Part shown: positions 12,972 to 24,445 of the stretch, one piece after another
Layout of the letters: each line of letters begins with the position of its first letter
Position numbering within the stretch: position 1 is the first letter of the stretch
DNA from: Camelus dromedarius
Lineage: Eukaryota
NCBI RefSeq assembly: GCF_036321535.1
Contig: NC_087437.1
Location: 114,268,001-114,332,000, forward strand
Direction of reading: 5' to 3'
DNA length: 64,000 nucleotides
Position numbers and translations under genes: made by a program
The notes under the pieces: model-generated
The model's input: the letters and a program-made list of their open reading frames with translations, nothing else
What the model was told of the DNA's origin: nothing
Databases searched by the model: none

Positions 12972-13076
12972 ATAAATTATTAATCTGGGAGTTAATAATT
13001 CATGTTAATGGGTGCTATACGCCACTTTCTCTGGCAAATGTGAGCAAAGGTCATAACTTTTTAACAGCAAAGGTGA
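12972..13076. promoter_or_regulatory. Candidate HNF1/HNF4 regulatory module upstream of MIR802
   Basis: GTTAATAATTCAT (12991-13003) matches the HNF1 consensus GTTAATNATTAAC at 11 of 13 positions, with a weaker copy at 12972-12984. HNF4/DR1-like TGAGCAAAGGTCA (13041-13053) and ACAGCAAAGGTGA (13064-13076) follow. Motif evidence only. Confidence 0.45.
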
Positions 13077-14538
13077 AACCTTTTCTAAGTTTCTTTTTCC
13101 ATGCTCTAACCATGGAAATATTGAGATATGGAAGGCAAAATTTAACCAGAGCTGGGAAAGCAAGATAATTCCAAGGGTAAAGGTCTAGACCTTCTGCCGT
13201 ACTTCGTGGACCAGCACTGTCTCCCCAGCCCCGATGGAAGGAGAGAAGGGCTCCAGCGAGCTGAGAGGATGCCGGCCCCACGAGAGCCTTCCCAGGAGGG
13301 GTGCAGCCACTCAGGTCTGTGATTCCTTGACAGGATGACATATGATAATTATAAGTGTTGACTTGTTGTTGATAAAAATATATATATATGTTTTCCAGAA
13401 AATAAAACAAGGAATTTGAGAAAGTAGCTCACCAGTGGGATTTTTTGTAAAAAATGAAAATTCTAAAATGACAGGGCACAGCTTTAAGTATGGGTGGCAT
13501 TCATCCGCACTGAGAGACCACCACGGAATTCTATGCAAATCCCTCTCACCAATGACATCCTTGATTTTAATTAATATATTTATGCTCTGCCTTTTTTTTT
13601 TTTCCAGAAAAAGTTTGAGGCAATTCCTGATTGCAAACCTTAGAAGGCAAGAAATAAGAGGCTTCTTCCTCTGATAAATTTGCATCTATTGTCCAACTCA
13701 TGATCCTTCTTTGGGTCTATGAAGCGGTCGCTAGTGACTCAGATCTTCTGGGTGCTTATACCCTTTTTAGCCTTGACAATTACTTGAAAGCTTCATGTCA
13801 AGTCACAGACTGATGTAATGAAATGACATATTCCCATTTGGAGAATAAAATTCTTCTTCGTAGCTTTTTTTTTCAGTTTTGATGAAAAGATAGATGTAAA
13901 ATATGCAAAGAATGGTGTCTGAAGACTTGGGATAAAATTTAAATGGAAACCAGTAGTTTAAAGAGTTTCAGGGCTAGAAGTTAAATCCTCTACTTCTTGT
14001 TTTTCTAAAGAAAAGTTGAATAGCATGTGCTTTTCATTGTGCTCCGTTTCGATCATTTACATATTGGGGAAATGTATATTTGGCAACTGGTCTTATTTTT
14101 AGGAGTCCTTGAAACCTGCCCTTTGAAAACGTTTTCATTTCTGGCACATATGTGTGTTTTAAGCAGAATGAAAATACAAAGCAAATAAAGAAAAATATGT
14201 ATGGAAAGGAATGACTTTTCCAGCCCCACGTAGCACAATAAGAAAGCAATCATTCAGTTGTGACTTTAAAAATGGATTCATGCCTGGGTTTTCCAAGTAT
14301 TTCCCTCTAAATGACCATTTCTCTACAGAACTGAGCTAATGTAAAGAGACAGGCTGTTCCAGTGCCAGAACTGAACAAGCAAAAAGGATGGAGGTTGTAT
14401 TTTCATAGGAGGACCTTGACCAAATAATGCCCACTCTGTCTCCCTGCAGCCTCCTGGGTTGACTCAGAAGAAAGCGCCATATGCCCACTGTGCGGCTTGG
14501 AGCGTGTTTTCCTGGCCTGACTCGCCATCACCACCAGA

Positions 14539-14632
14539 CTTCTATTATTTGCAGTCAGTAACAAAGATTCATCCTTGTGTCCATCAAGCAACAAGGATAA
14601 TCTTTGTCACTTAGTGTAATTAATAGCGACAC
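14539..14632 (+). ncRNA. MIR802: pre-miR-802 hairpin (5p arm about 14555-14578, 3p arm about 14591-14615)
   Basis: 14556-14578 reads CAGTAACAAAGATTCATCCTTGT, matching mature miR-802 as I recall it. It pairs with ACAAGGATAATCTTTGT (14591-14607) as a 17-bp stem with one bulged C. A lower stem extends to the 14542/14626 pair. An apical UGUG lies at 14576-14579, and a CNNC (CTTC, 14632-14635) lies about 17 nt past the inferred 3' Drosha cut. Confidence 0.96.
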
Positions 14633-14879
14633 TTCACGTGGGAAGATGGAAGAAGGATGCCCTTCACACACAGACTTGGGTGGATTCAGAACACACTTCA
14701 TGGTTCCCTGCTGCCTTTTGACCAATTAAAAAGCCAGAACTCAACAGAGGTGGGAAGATGGTAAGCAAAGCGGTCCCTTTTCTGGTTTGCTTTTGTGATT
14801 AAGACCAATAAAGGAAGTCTAACCTTTTAGCGCTTAAAAGTATTCTGTCTTATTTAAAATGTGGCTTATGGAAACTAAA

Positions 14880-15155
14880 CAATCATATACCTAAATGCAA
14901 CCTTAGACTAGATGCTCTATTGAAGGAAGAAATTGTTTAAAGGATCTTATTTGGATAAAACTGGAATATGGACAGCAGATTAGATAATAGTATTGTATTG
15001 ATGTTATGTTTACCAAAGTTGATATAAGTGCTCTGTGGTTATGGAAGAGAATAATTATCTTTGTTCTTAAGAGATATATACACTGAGGTATTTGAGGATG
15101 ACAGACCTTGATGTATGCAACTTACAAATGTTCAGAAAAAAATATTTTGTGTGTA

Positions 15156-15200
<45 letters not shown>

Positions 15201-15332
15201 AGAAGACAAATGGGAAAGAAAGTAAAGTGTTCACAACAGGTGAATCTGGGTAAAGAATATTTGTTCTTTGTAAATACTCTCGTTGAAGTTCTCCTGTAGG
15301 TTTGAAATTATTTCCAAACAAAAGTTTCAAAA
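14880..15332 (+). mobile_element. Old L1 (L1MC-like) 3' end containing a (TA)n tract at about 15159-15196
   Basis: gattagataatagtattgtattgatgtta...ggtgaatctgggtaaagaatat...ggtttgaaattatttccaaa. Confidence 0.82.
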
Positions 15333-15864
15333 TATATATGCCTTATGGTTGGAAATTGTGTTCTGAGGAAGAGTTGGGAAATGGAGAGACAGAAGCAAAG
15401 AAGTGAAGAAAAATAATTTCCTGGAAGATAATTCTCTGCAAAATGGGAAGATGGCAGCTTCTTTCCATCTTCAGAGATGAGTTAACATCATAAATGATCT
15501 TTTGTACTTCTGTCCACCAGGCTCATTCTTACCTTCCCAGTCCTCCTCATCAGTGGACAGCCTTCAGAAGCATTCGGGTTGGCTCAAAAAATATCTACAA
15601 ACAAAAAGTATGAAAATGAGCATCTTGGTGCAAATGCAGCGCAGCATCATCTGGGCACAGAGCCCTTTCCTTCCCACTGCTGCAACATCCACTGAACCAG
15701 GCAGACACAGTTCTACACCAGACCCCTGGGGGAGTTCCTTAAGATTGGCGTTCAAAGTTATAAAAACTTACAACACCCTTGAAATAGATGGCTATGTTCT
15801 GGACAAAGGTACTAAACAATGTTTTCTGGTACTAAAATTACTATCATTCTATTTTAAGCTTTTT

Positions 15865-16060
15865 TTTAATGTATTAACTCATTTATTCCTCAAAATCTTT
15901 TACAAGAAGTATTATGATTATGATTATTTCTACTTTACAAAGCTAGAAACCAAAGCCCAGAGAGACTAAGTAATTTGCCCAGGGTAATACAGCTGGTAAG
16001 TTGCTGAATTTGAACCCAGATGGTCTCACTCCACAGCTGACATTCATAATGACCACACTA
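15865..16060 (-). mobile_element. MIR SINE
   Basis: Core motifs aactcatttattcctca...cagagagactaagtaatttgcccagggtaatacagctggtaagt..atttgaacccag. Confidence 0.8.
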
Positions 16061-16689
16061 GACTTTTCAACTACCCCTCCTAGGACACTAGCCTTTATCG
16101 GCTAGCCAATTGAAACAGTTCTAATTACCCTAATTCATTGGTTGGGATGTCGTTGTAGATGCCACATTATTTTGTTTAAAATCCCCTTACCCTGAGTTTC
16201 ATAAAGCAAGTCTCTACTGAACAGTCACATTTACTCTACAGCCACTATCACATTTCTAAGGCTAAGCTCATGGCGTACTGAGATCACCACTTCCAAACAA
16301 GGTAGAAAGATTAAATAACGAATTGCTTCTCCATGAACTTCTCGACAATTTTCTCATAACCCAGAATGATCTCTTCCCTCCAAATCCATTGTGAATCACG
16401 AGGTGGCCTTTGTTGCATAACAATATGAAAGGTACCCATTCCATGCACGTCCCTGAGTGATATGATCTAAGGCTTCTTGTTAATCAGTTTGGCTGGTACA
16501 TCACGTGAGTTCTCATCAAGAAACCTATTTCCCCACTCAGGAAGCGCGAGATCCGTGATAGCCTTTCTTGAAACGAGCAGCTTCCTGGGCTTCTTCCTCC
16601 CCAAAGAAAGCTCCATGGCAGTACTGGGCTGCTGTCCTAGTAGACGGAGTCATCCTGGCACTACCGCTAGTAATGGCAGTGGGGGCCAA

Positions 16690-17060
16690 CATGTCACTGA
16701 GTACCAGGCACAGCTCAGTGAGTCTGCTTTGCCGCAGCCCTACGATGTAAGACCTGTGAATTTCCCATTTTAAAGATGAGGAATTGAGGCGCAGAACAAG
16801 GACGGCATACCGGCCATTGGAAAGTTAGATTTTGCAACCACCTGGTACTGGTCAGACAGTCTAACTGTTGTTTGTTACAGCAAACAACCCTAAACCCCAG
16901 CATCTTGGCCTAGTAAAGGTTTATGCACTACCCGTGTCACAGTTCGGGCAGTCAGCAGCAAGGTGATTCAGAGACCCTGGCCCTTCCTCCTGCTGACTCC
17001 ACCATTCTCTGGTCCTCGGAGTTCTCCCTGGATCACATTCAGCCGGTGGAGAATGTGTGG
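16690..17060 (-). mobile_element. MIR fragment followed by an old MLT1-like LTR fragment
   Basis: cccattttaaagatgaggaattgaggc, then aaacaaccctaaa...aaaggtttat...attcagagaccc. Confidence 0.45.
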
Positions 17061-17785
17061 CCAGGAGAAAAATGAACCCCTTGGTGAACACTTAGCATGC
17101 TTCTGGAAAGATCACAGAAGCCTGGGTTAGGTGGGGGCAATGGAGAGAGAACAAGAGGAAAATTTTGGCCCCTGCCCACCCATCCAGCATGGCATGCCAC
17201 TCTCCCTCCACACCTTGCCCCAAGCAGAGAAGCTGACAACCACACACACGTCCTCAGGGTCAGGAAATCACATTGTGATTTCTTGTGCTTTCAAGAGCAA
17301 TCAATCCTGAGTCTGCTGGACCAGGGTCTCTCTCAACAACTAAGCAAAAGAAGCAGCATCTATCCGGTGATGGCCAGAGAGGCACATGACCTTCCTCTGC
17401 ACTCACCTGAACTTTGGGTGGAAACAAGCAAAGCCCTAACACACTGACACGGCCTTGACCTGGGCAAGGCACTGTTTCACTTGAGCCTGATTCTGAGGCT
17501 TAGACTGGGCTCGGCCAGGGGATCTCACTCTGGCTCCCACCACACCATCTTTGTTTATGGAGTCACAAAACTTTCACGAAATGAAGGCAGGCAAATCGGG
17601 GCTTAGCTGACTACAGTCACAGGCATTACAAGAGGAGCAAGCTGATAATAAGACAGAGATGCCTGCCCAGGGCTAGACAAGCCCCCTCCCTGCTATTTAA
17701 TTATGTCCTGTTTATTCTGAATGTTTCATTTCATCAGTCGCTCTCTTCAGACATCCCTTTTTAATTATGTCGAGTAGGTGTATTT

Positions 17786-17990
17786 CTTATCAAACGTCAA
17801 ATTCCAGACATTCATAGTCTTTCATGGGCCCAGAAGATAAAACCTAATGTTGCCTTAAAAGTCTCTCTCAGAGATCTTGACTTTGCCAAATGTTATTGCT
17901 TCAGAGCTCATTTACATAGTGATGCCACTGTTCAAAGACATCTTTGATGCAGCGTCATAAATTCAGTGTCTCCTCAGAACATGTGAGTCA
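17786..17990. promoter_or_regulatory. Candidate intestinal/endodermal enhancer
   Basis: GATA (17786-17792, 17835-17840), HNF4-like TGACTTTGCC (17878-17887), an inverted TCF/LEF pair TTCAAAG/CTTTGAT (17931-17948), CDX-type GTCATAAA (17954-17961) and AP-1 TGAGTCA (17984-17990), in apparently repeat-free DNA. Confidence 0.4.
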
Positions 17991-18289
17991 ACATCCCTTT
18001 TCCCTAACCAGCTGGTATCTCCATGTCTTTATCCTCTGCCTGGTGTCAGAACTCCAGGGAAAACACAGTGTTTAAGAAATACTAGTGCTCACAGAAAATA
18101 TATAACACAAAAACTTTAAAGACAAAATACAGAAATAATCATTCTGCCCTCCTTTCTCTTTTTCTCCTTTCCTACCCTCTACCCTTCCTTCTTCCAAGAG
18201 ATTTCAAATAAAAATTCAGAGAGGAGGAAACTTCCCAAATAAAACTAAGCCAGCAAAGCCACCAGACACAGTATCTAATTCTGTATGAA

Positions 18290-18650
18290 TATAGTTATAA
18301 AATACTGTTTCTACATTAAAAACATTTTGGAAATTATGAATAGTTGTAAAAATGAAATTAAAACCACTCATAATTCTATTAACCAGGAATAAAACACTTT
18401 TTTTCTAAAATAAATATACTTAAATTGGAATTAAATATTATAAACACTGTGTTCTACTTTTCTTCTTTAAGATAGTGTAAGCGTAGCCCCATTGATTTAG
18501 TGTATTTTGAAAATACGACTTTTCACAGCTGTGACAAGTGTCTGTTATGTGGATGGTAATAACATTGATTTAAGCATTCTCTTATTGCTGGAAATAGAAG
18601 TCATTAATAATGTATTGCTATTATAAATAACACTATGATGAACATCTTAA
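18290..18650 (-). mobile_element. Old L1 (L1ME-like) fragment
   Basis: ...ttgctattataaataacactatgatgaacatctt is an antisense L1M motif. Confidence 0.6.
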
Positions 18651-21149
18651 GGTGCCCCTTGGTTGTTGGTAATCCTTTACCACAACGTGAGCTGTGGGTC
18701 CTCCCTCAGCTGCTGTGTGGAGACGAATTGCTGATTTTCTGACTTGGACTACTGAGAAAATGTTCCTGGCTGGCTAAGATACTTTTCTAAGGAAAATATT
18801 ACAAAGCTTATTTTCAGTTAACTGTAATAATAGAGGAAAAAGAGATGAATAGGCCCTGTATCATATACTTTCTGCTGCTCCTGAAAATGGAAGAGAACAG
18901 ATCCGGAGAACTCCTAGACACCATGGGTGGCCTTGAGGGGCTATTTTTATGATAACAAATTTTGTTCACTTTCTTTTGTGCCAGTCAGAAATGTGGCCAG
19001 TGAATCCTTTTGCCCTCTCCTGTGTCACCTGAGAGGTTAGTCAACATTATAATCTATATAAAAAGAGAGTATTTTTCTTTGTACACGTCACAAGCATGGG
19101 TGGGGGGAACACACGAGAGCTGGAATGCAATGAATTCTGTCCAGGCCCCGGAAGTCGCTCATGAACTTGACCAAGCCAAGGGGAAAAACCAAAAAGACTG
19201 TTGAGTGAGAAGCCAGAATTGAGAGGCAGGAGGGTTAGGTGCTATGTCAAGGCAGAGGTGAGGGGAGGGGGTGCGGGGCTGGCAGCCTGTGGGTCAAGAG
19301 AACAGAACTGAGCTGGAGGCCAATGGCTGATGGGGGCAGTGGGGGAAGGGGTCTCTTTTTGTCCACAGTTCAGTGACCTTGCTGATTGGAACCTCCTGAG
19401 CACTGTGACCAAACCCCCAAGGAAGAGCAGCTATGACAGGCCAAACAAAGCCTGCAATGAACGGTTGGATGTAATTAAAGGTTCTCGCCCCACACTGCTT
19501 GCGGAGGGCAAAGCAAGTTGACTCACAGCAAGTTGGTCCTGTCTGTCCCACACATTTCAGAACAGAAGACAGACGCACGTTTACAGGGACTCCCTCCCTC
19601 TTGTGAGAAACTGCATTTTCCTGAGAACCCCAAGTGCTTCTCTAGACAACACATGTCCTCCCCACCAGAACCTAGAGAAAACTCGGAAAAGAAGGGCAGA
19701 GAGACTTTAGAAACTCCTAGTCACACGATGAGTCACCGATGGCGTGTCCAAGGTAGGCAGGGGCTACCACTGGGCGGAAGAGGACCCCACTGCAGGCTGG
19801 CACCCTGGAGACGGGGGAAGAGGAGGAAGGGGCGGGGGAGCTCAGAGGCTCAGGCATCAGCCTGCTCTTGGCAGGGGCTGCTGCTAATTTTCTTTGGCTG
19901 GCTCTGACTACCTGTCTGAAAGCACTGCAATGCAGGAAGGAAATTTTTCAAGAGATTAAGCTATTATTGTTTCCTGTGTGGCTGTCTTCGCTGGCGTATG
20001 AAAAAAAAAAAAAAAAGCTTTAAGGGCACTTGAAAAGAGATTTGTCTGAATAGCAGGGCTGTTGTGATTCATCTCCCCCTCCAGTCGGGATTTGGCCAAT
20101 TTCCTCAGGAAAGTGGTTGATTAGGACCCATGGATTTATCCATGGCCTAAATATAAGATGTCATAAAGGTGATTAATGGTGAGCTCACCATCAGAGGGAG
20201 TTAAGAGTTTATAAAAGCTATTTTTAACGGTTTGGGGGGGGGGGAACCACTCATTTGTCACATTGCCAACGTGTTCCAATAGTTAAAAACCTCTTTGTGG
20301 CCCCTGATAATTCATACTACCAACTGTTAAAGGTCATTGTATTTTCTGATTTTACAAGTTTGTTTGAAAAATTGATTCAATGTGTTTTGCTGTTTATAGA
20401 AAAGCACATGAGGAAAGGAAAATAAAATGGATTTCCACTGTGATTAGTGACTGCTGCTCCTGGTCACACTTAAGTACAATAAACTTGTTTCTTTTTTCCA
20501 CCCTGTCCTGCTGTTTATGCCCCTGCCATACAAACAGCAATTGATGGAGGGTTTTCAGAGCCCAAGTGAAGCTAACCTGGGATTCCCCAACCAGGGGAAA
20601 CCAGAGACATTCAGAAAGCTGATGATGGCACTGATGGCCACTGGCAGTGTCCAGCATGGCTCAGTGATGTCATATTACCCAGAGATGCTCTAAAATGTGA
20701 ATTCACTGTCATGACAACTCCACAAGTCAAGGTCACTTCTCCAGTCACAAAGCAACCAACTTTGTTTAAAAGAACATCTCTAAATGATCAGTCTTCCTGT
20801 AAGGCAGCCACAGGATTCTCTGAAGCTGACATTTAACCGCTGGCCGAATCATGCAGTAATACACTAAAAAATATTTACTGAAAATAAAAGGTTGCTAGTG
20901 TTGGCTAGATATTTGGGCATTTTATGGATGATGGAAACATGAAGGCATGGGAGCACTGGCTAGTGTCTATAGGGTGGATGGGATGAGGGGAGGGGTTAAT
21001 TGTTGAAATACATTCATTGCTATCAGCTATGTGAAGTGACCAGCAAAAAAAACGAATGAGGTGCTTTCTGTGATCCTTGTGTCGTTCTGTACATTGACCT
21101 TATTAATCGACATGGGAAACCTGATGTAGTGCCAGGTATCCCTTAATTG

Positions 21150-21628
21150 CTCAGTTTGTTTAGCAAACGTTTATGGGAACCCTCTAATGTGGCAGGAGCA
21201 CTGACTGGTATTCAGTCCTGGCGGGGGCAAATATGACTAAGGGCTCAGTGAGCTCACAGTGAGTCTGGAATATGAAGGTTCTTACAGAAGCGAGATAAGT
21301 GATGTGGTAATATGCACACAGGCACACAGCCTGGATCAGGGAGACGTGAAGTTCTTCTCCCAGAATGCTACGAGTAGAAATAGTAGCTTTCATAGCTAAC
21401 TTGAAGCTTCTGTTGATGGGAACAATCCAGAAGCTGCAGGAATGGCTCCCTCTGTGTCCTATGACCCGTCATCCTGAACTTACGCTGGTGACCACACCCA
21501 ACTGCAAAGGAAGCTGGGAAATGTGGTCTCCAGCTGAGCAGCCGCTGTCCCCTAAGACAATGGAATTTCTACTACTGAAAAGAAGAAAGGGAATATAACT
21601 ACTGGTGGGCAGCTGGCAGTGTCTGCAC
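21150..21628 (-). mobile_element. L2 tail fragment (about 21150-21360) and MLT1J/K-like LTR fragment (about 21440-21628)
   Basis: ttagcaaacgtttatgggaaccctctaatgtggcagg, and ccacacccaactgcaaaggaagctgggaaatgtggtct. Confidence 0.55.
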
Positions 21629-23019
21629 CTGTCATTTTAAACTATTGTCATATAAGAGTCCAAATGGGACCATAACATCAAAAAGGGTCAACCAGCAAAA
21701 ATTTTCCATTGAGTGTGCAAGACACAGGGCTATGTCCTGGAACCGACAACAAAGGATGAGACACTTGATCCTTATTTTGCATTAAAACCGCTTATAATAT
21801 TTACATTTATTTATAATATGCACATATTTAAAATAAAATGCAATCAATTTTCACAGTAAAACAAACAGAAATACAACCTATGTAGGGTTCGTTCAAAAAG
21901 GAGCAGAGAATTTAAGCTCAAGAGGAGCCAAAGGAGGTGAGCTCATCTTCAAGTCTTCAGACTCAAGGGAAGAAGGCAAGAGCAAGGAACTCCCGGCACT
22001 GGGGTGAACTCCCCACCCCTCAGCCACGTGAGCTCCTCCAGCGATGGGGTGAATTCCACCCACTGGGTGCCTCCAGCGCCTAGAACCACTCATCTCCTGT
22101 CATTTATTGGTTCTTGATATATATTGTGCCTCACGCAGATATACTGAGTTGTGGCCTTTGGGTTAAAAAGAATTTGTTAGATGTAAACTTCAATATTCTG
22201 GAATATTTGCAATGTTGTTTTGGCATTTCCCCCCCTTTTTTGCCATTGTTTGTGTTTTGTTTTTTTATGCTTAGGGTCTCAAAAACAACTTGAAGTATGC
22301 TGGGCCTCTCTCCACCTGGAAACAGAGTTTAAAAGTCCTGGAACAGAGTTGCTAAGGTTGTCCACTCCCAGCTATACCCTTAAATGCCATGGCCCTAAAC
22401 ACTCTCTCTTCTTTTGTTCTGTTTAGATTTGGTCACAGGGCTTCATGCAGTTTCCCAGGGTAAGGTCACTGGATTTGGGTCACTTCCTGGCCCTTTCCAT
22501 TCTTCAGAACTATTACTCTAAGGGCAAATAGTCTCGCTGGGCCTGGGCCCTCAGGATACCCAGACCCTGGCTTCCAGCTCAGCCCTATCATTCATGGTAA
22601 GAAAGTAAACAAGGAAAGAAAGTGAGGATGGATATAGTCGGAAGTCCCCTCCATCCCCGAGGGCGCCTGTTTAGACAGTACAGATTACATTACATTACAG
22701 GTAGGTTCTGAGGCACCTACCACACTCTCCACTCATACTTTGCTAAGTCGGCACCTAACTGAACCCAAATTCCAAATCTCATACAAAGGACTTCAGTGCA
22801 AGCAATCTCTAAGTGGGTTTTCTAAAAATATGCGATTTCCACATTCCATGCCAACCCCCCAGGGTTCATCCTAATAAGAAATGTTCATTAAAAACAGCGT
22901 AAGGGTGAAAACACGTAACACAAACAATGACCCTTTCCCAAGTCTTAGTCTCAACCACATGGAACAGTGATACTGGAATGAGAAACAGATTTTGTGAAAC
23001 AGTGATTCAGGACTTACTC

Positions 23020-24445
23020 CGGGCTCTCTCCCCTTCCCCATTTATAATCTTCCTCTACATGACAACATCTAAGTCCGTGACTTCCACGAACAACTACTGA
23101 GATGCTGGGATGACATCCAAATCTTAAACTCCAGTCTCAACCTCTCTCCTGGGCCTCAGACTCATATTTGCCACTGCCTGTTAGAGATGGACACTTAAGT
23201 ATCTCAACCTCAGGGACCTCACACACAGTCCATCTCACTCTATCCTTATCAGCTCATCTGAACCTGCTTCTCCTCCAGGTTCCCTGTATCAGTTGCACAG
23301 GACCACCTTCCTCCATCTGAGTATCACCCACCCTCATGTGCGATCAACCTCCAAGTCTTGTTGGACTTCTACCTTCCTCTCAGATCCATTCACTGATACC
23401 ACCTTGTCCAACTCTGATCTTTCTTCCCCAGTAACTTTCCTCCTGGTCTCTTTGCATCCATTCTTGCCCCAGTTCAACTCTTTCTTCCCTCTGCAGCTGG
23501 AAGTTCTTAAATATCTTTTTCCACATTGGTTCAGCAAATAAGCTATGAAGTGGTCATTACATGCCAGGCACAACAATGCCAAGCAAGCACAGGGTAGACA
23601 GTGGTGAGCAAAAGAGTCATGGCCCCTGTCTTCATGGAGTGTACACCGGTCAGATCATGTCGCCTCCAGGCTTAGTCTTTGTGGCTGGAGGAATCATGGG
23701 CCCCCAAAATGTCCCCACCCTAATGAAAGGGGGACACGAGCTAAGGAATGCAGACAGCCTCTAAAAGCTGAAAAAGGGCAAGAGAAAGGATTCTCACCTA
23801 GAGCTTCCAGAAAGAACACAGCTCACCAACACTTTGAGTTTAGTCCAGTAAGACCCAGTTTGGACTTCTAACCTCTAGAACTGAGTAGCCACCGAGCATG
23901 TGGCAATGTATTACAGCAGCCCTAGAAAACTAATATCACAGAATTCACAGGATTCACATAATACAGTTTACTTCAATGGTTTCCCAGAGCCTTAGGGATA
24001 AAGCCCAAATCCTTACACACAGCCTCGGCCCCGCCCACCTCCCTTCCTCTCCTCACTGCCACCAAGCGGACTTTTTCAACTCTCAGAGGGACTACACAAT
24101 TCCTCTATGAGGCTGGAACTTGCCAGCCCCACTCCTGGGAACCCTCATCTGATGTCCTCAAGTCCCCAAATGCAACCTTCATATTAAAGGCCATTTTCTC
24201 AAAGATGTCTTACCAGAACCCCTCGTCTGGTCCTATTAGAGGCCCCCACGCTCCCTCGGCTTTCTGGTTGGAAGGCCGTGTCACACCTGGTGCTGCTTGT
24301 CTTGATGTCTCTATGTCCCACAAGACTACAAGCTCCCAGAGGGCAGCGCCTACGATGGTCTTGTTCACCACTGGACCCCCAGCACCTACCATGGTCAGAA
24401 CTCAAAAACAAACTTGCAAAATGAATGAAGAGATGAACAAATGAG
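23020..24445 (+). mobile_element. L2 LINE 3' portion with nested inserts
   Basis: L2 body (gatgacatccaaatct...cagactcatatt..cactgcctg) continues to the tail tgaatgaagagatgaacaaatga. It is interrupted by an antisense L2 tail (about 23525-23645) and an LTR. Confidence 0.75.
23680..23940 (+). mobile_element. Internally deleted MLT1D-like LTR
   Basis: tgtgg...atgtccccaccctaat is joined directly to aaggaatgcagacagcctctaaaagctg...gcagccctagaaaactaata. Confidence 0.75.

Noticed and set aside
19519..19735. Two AP-1 sites and nearby G-rich runs (possible G-quadruplexes, also near 26850 and 58030)
   Set aside because: Several such 7-mers and G-runs are expected in 64 kb, and there is no CpG island or other support.
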